Shown piece after piece: positions 38,195 through 48,482 of a DNA stretch of 64,000 nt (positions are counted from its first letter, which is position 1; each line of letters starts with the position of its first letter). Source of the stretch: a virus. Under the pieces are notes generated by a model. The model saw only the letters and a program-made list of their open reading frames with translations, was not told where the DNA came from and made no database searches. A program made the translations under genes and the position numbers. The stretch covers positions 13,100-77,099 of IMG/VR virus record IMGVR_UViG_3300003322_000730. One strand, 5' to 3'.

Positions 38195-38258
38195 ATGTTT
38201 GTTCCTTACGTGACTACATTGTCGTATATTTGAAAAGTAAAATAAAAACTCGATAAAC

Positions 38259-38831
38259 ATGCAAAAATCAAAATTATTCATGTCTTTAGTGATAGAGACG
38301 GGGCTATTGGCCGAAATTGTGTCAAAGTGTAATAAATTAGAGTTCACAGAAGACATAGAACTATCAAAACTTGCGCTATTCTGTAAGGATATGGCCACAC
38401 ATGATATTGGAGACGAGTATAAAAAGCTCTCCGAAGAAAAGCGTGATCTTATGGATAAAATCATTGCCCCGTTCAATGATCGCATTTCTGAGATGACCAA
38501 TGCAGGTGCCAGTCAGGAAGAAGTTGAGGCTCAAAGTGCTATTTTCAATGCCGAGGCCAACAAAGCGCTGAACTCTAATGAAGACATAAAATCGATCAAC
38601 AGGAAAATAAGCAAACTGTTTGAAGAAAAGCCAACGTCAGAGATTCCTGTAGTTTACATATCAAACAAAGATTATAAATGTATATTTGATGACACAGAGA
38701 TGACTGATGAATATATGGGACTGACCCTTACTATGAAGGGATATGATGCATTAAAAGCGTTGGCAGCCAGAGGACATGTAGAGGTAAAGTCGGTAAACAA
38801 GCCGTCGGAAGAACTTGTAGAAAACCAATAA
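38259..38831 (+). CDS. Hypothetical helical protein, possible fibre chaperone
   Basis: After fibre; TATATTTG promoter 38225-38232. Confidence 0.6.
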   Translation: MQKSKLFMSLVIETGLLAEIVSKCNKLEFTEDIELSKLALFCKDMATHDIGDEYKKLSEEKRDLMDKIIAPFNDRISEMTNAGASQEEVEAQSAIFNAEANKALNSNEDIKSINRKISKLFEEKPTSEIPVVYISNKDYKCIFDDTEMTDEYMGLTLTMKGYDALKALAARGHVEVKSVNKPSEELVENQ

Positions 38832-38841
38832 TATTACAGAG

Positions 38842-40872
38842 ATGAATAACCAGCCGAGAAGTCTTGGTGATTTTATTGCCTTTAAGCTGAACCCGTTTCC
38901 GGTTCAGATGATATTTCCAGATTCCTATGCACTTCCGGCTGGCATTACTGTTGAAATATGGAATAACGGGGCAATAATGCCGAGCATTACGGTCCCTGTT
39001 GTAATTTCCGGCAACAGCATTTCTTTTGAGATAACACCTGTTCAACTCCAAGCACTACCAGCCAAGAAGGCTCAGTTATTTGTAAAGTTCGGGGCTGATG
39101 ACTATCGATTTGAGGCGCCAATCATCCCAACGCTATCTGGGTCTACTCCTGCTGGCAAGGTTATAAACGTCTCCGTAGATCTTAATCAGACCATTAGGAT
39201 AACATCCATTACGGATGACAGTGCCGTTGCTATCTCATCTCTCACAAAGAAGCTGGGTGATATGGTTTCGGCCACGCTGGAAGATGAGGATGTGTCATGG
39301 GAGCCGATTGTTGTTCCCGCAACGGCCATTGCCTCTTTAAATGGCGGGGTTGCAAATGGGGCCGCAAAATCAATCGTAATCACTTCTAATCACGGCAGGG
39401 GTACTGGATTGCGACAAACCGTGAATATGGGTTCTTTCATTGAAGTGTCCTCTGGTGATATTGTGTACCTGAGATCTTTATGGGTAGAATCCGTGGCGGG
39501 ATCTATTACGGGCAGCACGTTCTCGGTATCTATGACTGTAAATGGAGAGGCGGTTTATATACAGCCATCCTTTACCAGGCTGGATAGCACGACCTACCAG
39601 ATTGTTGTTCCTTATTTCAGGCAGACATCTAATGATACAGTCATTCTTAGTATGATTATAGGGCCTTCGGCTCCCACGATCGTCGGTTCTGTTGAATATG
39701 ACTGGGGTTCTTTGGAGGTTTCTAGCGGTAGTTTGTTGTTCACTCAATTCGGAGAGTTGCAGTCGGATTTGAATTCAAAAATGAAAATTCTCTATCCGTA
39801 TTACCAAAAGTCGTCGATTATATCTAAATGCGTAGGCGACAATGTGACCAACGAAGCGGCCAGGCTTACGGATGAAATTGGAGACGCCGCTGCGACATCC
39901 GGCGAGTTAAGGCTGCTGCCTAACAAAATTATCAGGACAAGCTCTGCTGTTGTAGTACAGGGTCAGGTCAAAATTAGCTGCCCGGAAAATGCCAATTGCA
40001 GAGTAAGTCCATTTCACAATGGGGATGGATTTCAGGTAAACACAGAACTACCAGTACACTTTGAGAACTTCGAGATATACAGGAGTCTCGGAAATGCCAA
40101 TACCGCTACCGCGATCCGGTTTATGACAACTGTTGTCAACAATGGTTCAAGGATAAGAAATATGAAAATCGGTACAGATAAGGGGTTGGCTATTTTCAAA
40201 GCAATTGGTCTGGTTATAGAAAGGACCGAATTTACGGGAATTAAAGGGGCTAACGGAGCAGTAGCTGTTGACGAAGCCTCCACATCAACCACCGTAGAAG
40301 ATTTAGTTCTCAGGGAGTTGTCGTTTAAGGGTTGTACAGGGAATGTTCTCAACCTTTATTCCGTGAAAAACACAATGGTGAAAGACATAAAATACACCCC
40401 TGTTGGGTCTGATTATCCAGGCATTTGTTTCAGAGTTTCAGCTTCTACGGCGGGTAGCGCCTTTTCCGATTTGTATCTCGAAAATATCGTTTGTAACGAA
40501 TTTTTAACATACGGCATATATGCAAGTCTTGCGGCCGGCAAAACGCTTTCCAGAGTAAACATTCATAAGGCTACACTTATACCTAGAACTGGCACAACGC
40601 CAGCGCAAATGATGTACCTATTTGGATCTGACGCCAACTCAATTAATGATGTTGAGCTGTCAGGATTCAAGATTTACAATCCCCTCGTGGGCGTATTGGC
40701 GCAGAACGTAAATAACTTTGCTATTGGTGATGGGTTGTTTTCTCCGGTAGGTTCCGCAGCTGGACAAAGGGCCTTTTCGTTTACCAATGTAAAATACAAG
40801 TTTGGCTCGTTTATCCGTAACACGCATGTAGCAGCAGACAGTATAACAGGAACCTCATCAGCTCTTACGTAA
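38842..40872 (+). CDS. Tail spike with pectin-lyase-like beta-helix (depolymerase)
   Basis: VGDNVTNEAARL cap resembling GDGVTDD, followed by beta-helix periodicity. Confidence 0.7.
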   Translation: MNNQPRSLGDFIAFKLNPFPVQMIFPDSYALPAGITVEIWNNGAIMPSITVPVVISGNSISFEITPVQLQALPAKKAQLFVKFGADDYRFEAPIIPTLSGSTPAGKVINVSVDLNQTIRITSITDDSAVAISSLTKKLGDMVSATLEDEDVSWEPIVVPATAIASLNGGVANGAAKSIVITSNHGRGTGLRQTVNMGSFIEVSSGDIVYLRSLWVESVAGSITGSTFSVSMTVNGEAVYIQPSFTRLDSTTYQIVVPYFRQTSNDTVILSMIIGPSAPTIVGSVEYDWGSLEVSSGSLLFTQFGELQSDLNSKMKILYPYYQKSSIISKCVGDNVTNEAARLTDEIGDAAATSGELRLLPNKIIRTSSAVVVQGQVKISCPENANCRVSPFHNGDGFQVNTELPVHFENFEIYRSLGNANTATAIRFMTTVVNNGSRIRNMKIGTDKGLAIFKAIGLVIERTEFTGIKGANGAVAVDEASTSTTVEDLVLRELSFKGCTGNVLNLYSVKNTMVKDIKYTPVGSDYPGICFRVSASTAGSAFSDLYLENIVCNEFLTYGIYASLAAGKTLSRVNIHKATLIPRTGTTPAQMMYLFGSDANSINDVELSGFKIYNPLVGVLAQNVNNFAIGDGLFSPVGSAAGQRAFSFTNVKYKFGSFIRNTHVAADSITGTSSALT

Positions 40873-43544
40873 TGCCTATTACAATCACCACAGACTCATC
40901 TCTCAACAAAGACTTCATTACTGACAGGGCAAATAAGATCTACCCTGTTTTTGTGGATGGAACGCCATATAAAAGATACATTCCCGCAACTACTTTTGCT
41001 GCTGGTAGAATCCCGTATTACCAATTTCAGGCAACCGGAGGTACGACCTATGAATGGCGGGTGATAGGCGGCAGCTTGCCGGACGGATTAACATTGTCGC
41101 TTGATGGGAAACTATCTGGGACGCCCACAAGAACCGGTGATTTTGCTTTTACGGTAAGCTGCACATCAGGCGCAGAAACCAAGGAAAAAGATTTCAATCT
41201 TACGGCTCATCCATGGAGGGCCCAATGGCACGCTGAGCGAAGGTTTGGAATATGGGCTAGTGTCCAGCCCAAGCAATATCCCATTATTAAAACAACAGCA
41301 GAAGTAGCTACTTATGAAGCCAGATTAACAGAATATAATGAGGAAGAATGGGCTCAGATCATGTTTGATCACAATATTGATTTAATCAATAACGGGGTAT
41401 TCACCGCCGAGTCGTTCAGACCCTGGCCAAGCACAACCCCATCTCCAAAAGAGTTCAAGGCTTCAAGAAACTACGTGACGGCCTTGATGAATGCTTGTCA
41501 TGCAAAAGGGATTAAGTTCATAGGATATACTGCGCCAGATCACTTCACCAACGCCCCAACCTTTCAAAGTGACTTTCCCAGTGAAAGGGTGTATGCAAGC
41601 TACGACCCAGTTGGGAAATCAACATATTCAACAAACGAGGCTCAATTTGCCGATCCTTTCCCTTACAGGCAGTACCAGAGCACCAATCCGGCCGATACGG
41701 AAACCTATCGCAATACGCCAGAATATTTCCGAGATGGAGCGACCATGTTGGTGGGAAAGAAGCTTATGCTGCGAGAAAACGGCATACGCGTCCCGACGGC
41801 CGACTCTTATTTTGCCGACCCTGATGACGTACAGTTATGGCCAAACTTCAACCGGGACATCTGGATTGAGTTATTTAAAATGCAGATAGACGGACTGTGG
41901 TTTGATGTTGGAGCCGGAGACCCTAATATTATTCCCGGACTTAACCCTTTATTTTATTTGAGAGAAGAGGTGACTTGCAACATGAGATACTGGGCTCCAT
42001 GGTGTATTTTCGGAATCAACCAGGGCACTAATGACGCAGGTAATCAATACTTTCAGCCGGAGATTGACTTTGTGGTATATGAAGGAACTGTTCAGAACTT
42101 CTTGGCTGAGACATTAATCGTCGGTTTCGAACAATGGAACCAAAAGAAGATATCAATAGATGTGGCCTCTGTTTTGGGAAACACTTTTGTAAGTTCCAGG
42201 GTAGGGGATGATGCGGATACTCGCGTTAAAACATCAGCCATGTTCATTGAAAATTTCAAGGCAAATTACGAACAAGGGGCAACACCCAGCGTTGTGATAA
42301 ATGCCATGGCGGATGGGACTCTAATTAAAGATCCCTATAAACCAGCAATGCGAGAAATTGCAGACTTTGTTGCAGCACAAGGGAAACTAAGCGAAGAGCC
42401 CGGGATATACATTGATGGGAATGTCTTAACCATGGATACGAAGCTTGGAGGAACTATTTATTATACCCTTGATGGGGAGAAGCCAACGGCCAGCAGCCAA
42501 GTATATGGAGGGCCCATTACATTGACGGATGATTGTATAATCAAAGCAGTCTCTCAGCAGTCCGGGAAGGCTTTAAGTATTGTCAACCGGAAGACATACC
42601 GCAATGCATCAAAAAGCTTAGATTGGCCAGACCTGATACCAACCATAACATCTCCTGTGTCCGGTAATTCGCTTGTTAAAGAAACAAGAGCCTATTACAG
42701 GGGCATGACCATTATCGTTGGAAACAGACCTATACAGTTGTGTCAGGTGGGTAGATATGGAGCCACAGCCATAGATCGGGAAATAATTGTCCGCAAAAAG
42801 GTTTCGGGACAATGGATTCTTCGAGATACTTTTTATGCCACTGGGGCGGTGCAGTCAAACGGGTTTAAATATAGCAATATCATACCCATCAAATTGCAGG
42901 CCGGTGGGGAATACCTGATTGCGCTTAAAGAAAACAATACAGACAACTATGCATCAAATTCTATGTCGGCTATACCTCAAACAAGAGGTTTCAGGATTAC
43001 CGGCAAGTGTATTTTGAACACAGATGGAGAGGTTCGGGCCGTTACAGATGACGGAAAAGGTCAGTTTCTGGACCTGAAATTTAAGTTCCTTAAACAAAAG
43101 GTTTCGGACAAAGTAAAAGGAGCGACGGTAGTTTTTAAGCTCAATAGCTCACCATATTCACAATTCGGATATTTAAGGAGTTACTATCCGGGCAATGCTG
43201 CTGATGGAGATGTAAATACCTACTCAAAACCAGATGCCGGAGGATATACCTATTATCAGGAATTTGATATTGGGTACCTGACCAAGCTGACTTACATTGA
43301 AGTAGAATTTTTCAATGCTATACCTACCGAGATACAAATGAACGTCAGTCCTGTGGCATTGACTTCGACCACGGCATCCAGGCAGATACGGATTGGAACA
43401 AAGTTCAATAATTATTCAAACAAGATCCGTTTTGACTTTGCGCCTACTTACGCTAGGTATGTTCAGTTCAGATCAATGAAGCCGGATGGTGCAGGGCAAA
43501 TTGGTCTCGATGCGATGATAAGGGAGTTGAAGGCAGGGGATTAA
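40872..43544 (+). CDS. Multidomain GH29 alpha-L-fucosidase-like protein (Ig, GH29 barrel, Fn3-associated, F5/8-like)
   Basis: GSLPDGLTL..G.LSGTPT; WHAERRFGIW; YNEEEWA; WPS; RNYVTALMNACHAKGIKFIGY; IDGLWFD; IYYTLDGEKPT; NAADGDVNT. Confidence 0.7.
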   Translation: MPITITTDSSLNKDFITDRANKIYPVFVDGTPYKRYIPATTFAAGRIPYYQFQATGGTTYEWRVIGGSLPDGLTLSLDGKLSGTPTRTGDFAFTVSCTSGAETKEKDFNLTAHPWRAQWHAERRFGIWASVQPKQYPIIKTTAEVATYEARLTEYNEEEWAQIMFDHNIDLINNGVFTAESFRPWPSTTPSPKEFKASRNYVTALMNACHAKGIKFIGYTAPDHFTNAPTFQSDFPSERVYASYDPVGKSTYSTNEAQFADPFPYRQYQSTNPADTETYRNTPEYFRDGATMLVGKKLMLRENGIRVPTADSYFADPDDVQLWPNFNRDIWIELFKMQIDGLWFDVGAGDPNIIPGLNPLFYLREEVTCNMRYWAPWCIFGINQGTNDAGNQYFQPEIDFVVYEGTVQNFLAETLIVGFEQWNQKKISIDVASVLGNTFVSSRVGDDADTRVKTSAMFIENFKANYEQGATPSVVINAMADGTLIKDPYKPAMREIADFVAAQGKLSEEPGIYIDGNVLTMDTKLGGTIYYTLDGEKPTASSQVYGGPITLTDDCIIKAVSQQSGKALSIVNRKTYRNASKSLDWPDLIPTITSPVSGNSLVKETRAYYRGMTIIVGNRPIQLCQVGRYGATAIDREIIVRKKVSGQWILRDTFYATGAVQSNGFKYSNIIPIKLQAGGEYLIALKENNTDNYASNSMSAIPQTRGFRITGKCILNTDGEVRAVTDDGKGQFLDLKFKFLKQKVSDKVKGATVVFKLNSSPYSQFGYLRSYYPGNAADGDVNTYSKPDAGGYTYYQEFDIGYLTKLTYIEVEFFNAIPTEIQMNVSPVALTSTTASRQIRIGTKFNNYSNKIRFDFAPTYARYVQFRSMKPDGAGQIGLDAMIRELKAGD

Positions 43545-43571
43545 TATTTTTAACGTTTAAATCTACATAAA

Positions 43572-43850
43572 ATGAGTAAGCAAAAATTAAACATCGAAAA
43601 CATTCACGTTTCGATCTCCGTCGCTGGATTAGAAGGAAGCGGCGAAAATGTTAAACCAGTCAATATATCTGACTCCTCGGTGATCGATTTTAGCAATATC
43701 GATCAAATGGATCGCATCCTGAACGAGAAGCCTTATTTGAAGGAAATATTGCCGACGGTAATCAAAGCAATGACTGAGCATTACGACGCCACGCGCAGCA
43801 GCGCCACCAAGTTGAAGGAATCATTGAAAGACTTCATCGCAAACGAATAA
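43572..43850 (+). CDS. Hypothetical protein
   Basis: 92 aa ORF. Confidence 0.6.
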   Translation: MSKQKLNIENIHVSISVAGLEGSGENVKPVNISDSSVIDFSNIDQMDRILNEKPYLKEILPTVIKAMTEHYDATRSSATKLKESLKDFIANE

Positions 43851-43874
43851 CCGTTTTGCGCCAACACTAACGAC

Positions 43875-46643
43875 ATGGCAAAATCAAACAAAATTGAGGT
43901 TACCGATCCTGATTCTAAAATAACTTATTTGATAGATTTCAGCGATGCGGACATTTCCATCTCCGGAAACATAAAGGTCAAGCCAAAGGAGCAGCCCAAG
44001 CCGGAAGAGCCTAAGCCAGAAGAGCCGGTAAATTATTGCAAGCAGGGGCCAGAGCCAAAGAAAATCACAAACCCAACCCAAACCAGCTTAATGCTTGGTT
44101 GGCATGGAGAGGATGTGTTTGGCTGGGACTGGAAAATAATGAAGGGAGATATAAGTGTCGCCGGCGGCGCCATATCTCCGAAAGGCAACCAGGAAAGGGT
44201 TTCATACCCGCAGCTCGACCCGGGCGATTACCGGTTTGTAATGCAGGGCAACACTTGTCAAAGTCAGCCAAAAGGACTTGACTTTACCATACCTAAAACA
44301 GACTCAGGAGGCGGTACGCAGCCACCACCGGTGGTAAACCGCAAAGGAAAGTTCCAGATCGTAATGGGAACGACGGGCGGAGGTTTTGACTCAAAGGCCA
44401 AGTACGGGATCAAAGAGGGAGAGTGGGAAAACGGGAAATACCATGAAGGATGGCTAGACCGAATCGAGGCGACAAAATTCAGCTGGGGATATGGTATTTC
44501 CGGAATTTGTATTTGGATCGGATGGGAGGAATATGAGCCAAAGCCGGGGCAATATGAAGAAGCAGCTTTCCAGCGAGTAATCGACTTTTGTAAAGATCGA
44601 GGGTTGACGTTAAGTGTTGCTTTTATGCCACGCAGGCACCGAGGAGATGGATTTATTAATGAAGATGAGATCATCACTGGAAGCGGCGGTACGCAATACT
44701 GGGAGGGCGTCTATGAGACAGGGATGGTCTATGCCGGCTATGCAAATGATCGTGTAAACAAACTCATGCAAGGCGCAGTCAAATCCATCGCAAAGCTGCT
44801 GAAAAAGTACAACAATGCCTACTACATGGCAAGGACCGGCGGTGGCGCAGGAGAGCATGTCAACTACGTATTCCGCAATTCAAAAGGGATATGGGAAACG
44901 GCGGATTTTTCAGATGACTCGCTCCGCAGGTTTGATGCGTGGAGAATTCCTCGTGGCATTGACAAGAGCCCATCTGGAAGGCCGCCAATGATTCAAGGGC
45001 CTGGAATAGACTGGCCTCATCCTGATTGGAATAATCCGAAAGGAGAAGAATTTGGTAGATTTACCACATATGGCATCAAGAAGTCGCTAGACAGCTTCGT
45101 GGAGGCTGTTAAAAGTGTGAGCGATATCAAATGTCTTTACTTCTATTCGGCCACATCTAACCGGCAAATGCGTGCCACCGCCAACCCGCTCCTCGGCTGG
45201 ATCGCGGAAAAAGCGGATGGGTTTTACGGAAGTGATGGAGACGGGCCAGGAGATTTGTATGCGAAGATAAAAGTCAACTCGCTGAACCTTGGGCTTTACC
45301 CTGATAAAATCTCTTCCACAGAGCTCGATCCGGACGACATGAGCCCTTCCAGGAACAATACGGGGAAAATGCCTGACTACGGACAGGGAGGGCTTCTGTA
45401 CAACAACTTCCTGCAAATAGCCCGGGATCTTTATTCTCGTGGATTAGAATGCCTGCACTTGGCAATGGCATTCTCCGTCCAAGAGTTGAAAGATTTTGAG
45501 CCTACACTGAAAACGCTGAACGAAGAGTGGCTGAACCGAGACTATTTCCGGCCACAAATCACCGCCGCTAACACTGTCGAGGTTGACGTGACCGATAAGT
45601 ACAGAAGCGACAGGGATTTGATGGATGGAGTCAAAGCTTATGATGTGTACACCAAGTATGTAGGCCCTACATTCTGGGGAGGAGTGCCCCCGGAGTTGGG
45701 TGACGGTGGAACTACGGCTCCTCCACCGTCAAACGCTGATTATTCGCCGGTGAAATCTTATCTGGAAGGAAATATTGCCAATTATAATTGGAATGTAATC
45801 TTTGATCTCCGTGACCCAGGTAAAGAGCTTTATTCGTTTACGAAGGGCCAGTATGACAAGAGCTCTCGACTGAAAGTAATGTCTCACTCTAAGTTCACAA
45901 CGGGCGTAATCATCGCTTACTTAATAGACCAAGGGAAGCTTTCTTTAGACACCAAAGTAGGCGATGTGATACGTTCATGGGATCATCCCGATCGCGCTGG
46001 TATTACAGTTCGTCAAATTATGGGACACCTGTCTGGTATTCCTGACAATACCGACAACGAAGGTGCCGATACGCTGGAATACTATGTAGACAATTTGGTT
46101 AATAAACCAGGATTTTCTACGCCTGGAGAGCAATTTATATATTCCACATCTTCTTATCAGGTGGTAGCTAGGATGGCCGAGTTGGTATCCGGCAAGACAT
46201 GGAGGGGCTTGTTCAAAGAGATACTGGTAGATCCGTGTGAAATGGGCAATGCAGAATACAATCCAACTATCGGAGATATCAAAGGCAAGCCGTTGAACCC
46301 GCTGGCCGGATATGGACTAGTATGCTCTGAAAGCGAATGGATGAACTTTATCAGTATGATTAGGGATGGCGGGACGTATAAAGGCAGACGGGTTCTTTCG
46401 CAGAACGTGTTGGATATATTAAAAACCAAAACATCCCCGGGATGGAGCGACTGGGGCGTGGGTGTTATGTTCACTGACGATCAATTTATCAGCGAGGCGG
46501 CGTCAGGGTGCTTTACGTTTATATTACCATCCAAGTATGCTGGGACTATTTTCACACAGTCAAACTATGAAAGTACATATGGCTCTAACCATTATGTTCG
46601 CAGGATGGTGTATGATATTTATTCCCAAGGGGCTATGTCTTAA
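43875..46643 (+). CDS. Glycoside hydrolase TIM barrel (GH42/clan A-like) fused to serine beta-lactamase-fold hydrolase
   Basis: IGWEEYEPKPGQY...IDFCKDRGL; SHSK (SxxK), LSLDTKV, ITVRQIMGHLSG, PGEQFIYS. Confidence 0.75.
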   Translation: MAKSNKIEVTDPDSKITYLIDFSDADISISGNIKVKPKEQPKPEEPKPEEPVNYCKQGPEPKKITNPTQTSLMLGWHGEDVFGWDWKIMKGDISVAGGAISPKGNQERVSYPQLDPGDYRFVMQGNTCQSQPKGLDFTIPKTDSGGGTQPPPVVNRKGKFQIVMGTTGGGFDSKAKYGIKEGEWENGKYHEGWLDRIEATKFSWGYGISGICIWIGWEEYEPKPGQYEEAAFQRVIDFCKDRGLTLSVAFMPRRHRGDGFINEDEIITGSGGTQYWEGVYETGMVYAGYANDRVNKLMQGAVKSIAKLLKKYNNAYYMARTGGGAGEHVNYVFRNSKGIWETADFSDDSLRRFDAWRIPRGIDKSPSGRPPMIQGPGIDWPHPDWNNPKGEEFGRFTTYGIKKSLDSFVEAVKSVSDIKCLYFYSATSNRQMRATANPLLGWIAEKADGFYGSDGDGPGDLYAKIKVNSLNLGLYPDKISSTELDPDDMSPSRNNTGKMPDYGQGGLLYNNFLQIARDLYSRGLECLHLAMAFSVQELKDFEPTLKTLNEEWLNRDYFRPQITAANTVEVDVTDKYRSDRDLMDGVKAYDVYTKYVGPTFWGGVPPELGDGGTTAPPPSNADYSPVKSYLEGNIANYNWNVIFDLRDPGKELYSFTKGQYDKSSRLKVMSHSKFTTGVIIAYLIDQGKLSLDTKVGDVIRSWDHPDRAGITVRQIMGHLSGIPDNTDNEGADTLEYYVDNLVNKPGFSTPGEQFIYSTSSYQVVARMAELVSGKTWRGLFKEILVDPCEMGNAEYNPTIGDIKGKPLNPLAGYGLVCSESEWMNFISMIRDGGTYKGRRVLSQNVLDILKTKTSPGWSDWGVGVMFTDDQFISEAASGCFTFILPSKYAGTIFTQSNYESTYGSNHYVRRMVYDIYSQGAMS

Positions 46644-46670
46644 TAACTCAGAGCGATTCTTAGATATGCA

Positions 46671-46814
46671 ATGAAAATTTCTAAGGAGTTTTTGACAAAG
46701 TTTGTGATATTTGTAGTATTACTTTTATTGGCAATATGGCTAACTGAGAGTTATTACCACAAGCCTATTGTCATAAATAAAGTAAAGGTAACAAAGCCAT
46801 TAAATAAGTTTTGA
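46671..46814 (+). CDS. Small single-pass membrane protein (47 aa, not in ORF track)
   Basis: MKISKEFLTKFVIFVVLLLLAIWLTESYYHKP... Confidence 0.45.
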   Translation: MKISKEFLTKFVIFVVLLLLAIWLTESYYHKPIVINKVKVTKPLNKF

Positions 46815-46869
46815 TTATCTTTCGATACCCTTGGAACACTTATTGTATTACTTTGCATAGCCCACCGCG

Positions 46870-47286
46870 ATGAAACAGCTTTTTGATGTCGTCGGCAAGT
46901 TTTTTGCCGCACTTACCGCAAAAGATTATGTTGCCGTATCAATTATCATCGCGCTGACAGTAGCGTACTTCGGACGATCTGATAAGCAGGCCGCCGAAGA
47001 GGCCGCCAGAATCGCCCAGGAAATATGCCGGCTGGACCGGATCAGAAGTGATTCGGCTTGGCAGGCACGTTTTGATCAGAGGGATGCTTTCTGGGAGGCC
47101 AAATTTGAACGGAGAACGCAGGAATATATTAACAGCTTGCGTGGTATCACAGATACAGTACAGCTGGCGGTAGGCGGCATAAAAAGGGCTGTTGTGGAGC
47201 GGGAACTAACCCGAAGCGAGATAAACCGAAAGGTAAACAGAAATGGACGGGAGTTGGAAGCTATCAAAAAAGAAAGGGTGCAGTGA
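46870..47286 (+). CDS. Lysis-module membrane protein (holin or i-spanin-like)
   Basis: One N-terminal TM + coiled coil, upstream of endolysin. Confidence 0.6.
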   Translation: MKQLFDVVGKFFAALTAKDYVAVSIIIALTVAYFGRSDKQAAEEAARIAQEICRLDRIRSDSAWQARFDQRDAFWEAKFERRTQEYINSLRGITDTVQLAVGGIKRAVVERELTRSEINRKVNRNGRELEAIKKERVQ

Positions 47287-47783
47287 TGATCTTATTCGTA
47301 TACACGATTTTCAGGGTGTTTCTTTTGTTCCTTCTCAATATTGGGCTCGAATCGGACCAGCAGGTGCGGGCACAGGATACTGCCCGCCGGATTCCAGCCC
47401 CCGTAGATTCTTCGGAAGTATTCCGCAGCGACAAGGTTATAGATGCGGCGCTGGACAGTGCCATAAGGGCGGTACAAGAACTAAGGGATATCCACAAGCT
47501 GGTTAAAAAAGGGACAGCTCAAAACAAGAGACTCAGCAAAAAACTGGATAGCATTTATTACGGATCGATCCTCCCGCTGAAATATCTTCAAGGCCGTACT
47601 ACGACGACTAGTACTACAATAACCGGCAATATAACGGTGATGCCAGCAATCCATGAAGTCCGCTTTGTGAACAATGAGCTTTGCATCGACAGACTGCCTC
47701 ACAAAGTCACGCCAGAAGCTGCCATGTCCCGGGTTAAGCCCAAATTCTTCCAGCGGATCAAGAACTTCTTTAAGAAGAAATAA
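47286..47783 (+). CDS. Lysis-module membrane-anchored protein (spanin-like)
   Basis: N-terminal hydrophobic segment; basic C-terminus FFQRIKNFFKKK. Confidence 0.55.
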   Translation: MILFVYTIFRVFLLFLLNIGLESDQQVRAQDTARRIPAPVDSSEVFRSDKVIDAALDSAIRAVQELRDIHKLVKKGTAQNKRLSKKLDSIYYGSILPLKYLQGRTTTTSTTITGNITVMPAIHEVRFVNNELCIDRLPHKVTPEAAMSRVKPKFFQRIKNFFKKK

Positions 47784-47819
47784 TGCTGTATTTTTGGTTG
47801 AAACCAAACGACATGCTTT

Positions 47820-48482
47820 ATGAATCTGGATAACTTGGATCTGCTGTTTCCCGTCGGGAGATCTGCATACCGCAATATCAAAATCCCTATCAAATCGGCA
47901 TTTGAATATGCTGGCATAGACACCCCGAAGGCAGCCGCCTTGTTTTTGGCAAATTGTGCTCATGAAACGGGTGGCTTTACATCATTCCGGGAGAATACAT
48001 TGTATACAGCTGATAGATTGGCTGAGGTTTGGCCTGGCCGCTTTAAAGGACCTGATGGAGAGCCCAACGAGCTGGCCAGAAAACTGCACCGGAAACGGGA
48101 TGCCATCGCTGATCACGTGTATGCAAATCGCCTATCGAACGGAGACGTTAAATCCCATGATGGATCTCGATACATTGGTCGTGGGCTACCTATGCTTACC
48201 GGTAGATACTGGTATACCAAGATGGACCAGGAATTCAACATGAATGGCAAGCTGCTAATGATCCCATCGATGTTGGAAGACAAATATTGGTCGGCAATGG
48301 CGGGCGGGTTCTTCTGGAAAGAAAAGAAGATGTCCCAGTATGCTGACAGAATCGGCAACAGAAAGGATAAGGACACCGGGATTGACTTGGCTATCGTGCA
48401 GGCCCGTAAAGCGTGGCAGGGAGGCTCTTTGGGGCTAAAAGAAGTGAATGAATGGTATCAGAAATTTATTAAACTGCTGTAG
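47820..48482 (+). CDS. Endolysin, glycoside hydrolase family 19
   Basis: FLANCAHETGGF, YANRLSNG, DGSRYIGRGLPMLTGR. Confidence 0.92.
   Translation: MNLDNLDLLFPVGRSAYRNIKIPIKSAFEYAGIDTPKAAALFLANCAHETGGFTSFRENTLYTADRLAEVWPGRFKGPDGEPNELARKLHRKRDAIADHVYANRLSNGDVKSHDGSRYIGRGLPMLTGRYWYTKMDQEFNMNGKLLMIPSMLEDKYWSAMAGGFFWKEKKMSQYADRIGNRKDKDTGIDLAIVQARKAWQGGSLGLKEVNEWYQKFIKLL

Noticed and set aside
45730-46643. Antibiotic-resistance beta-lactamase
   Set aside because: Fused domain with YST instead of YxN, no export signal; fold alone does not imply resistance
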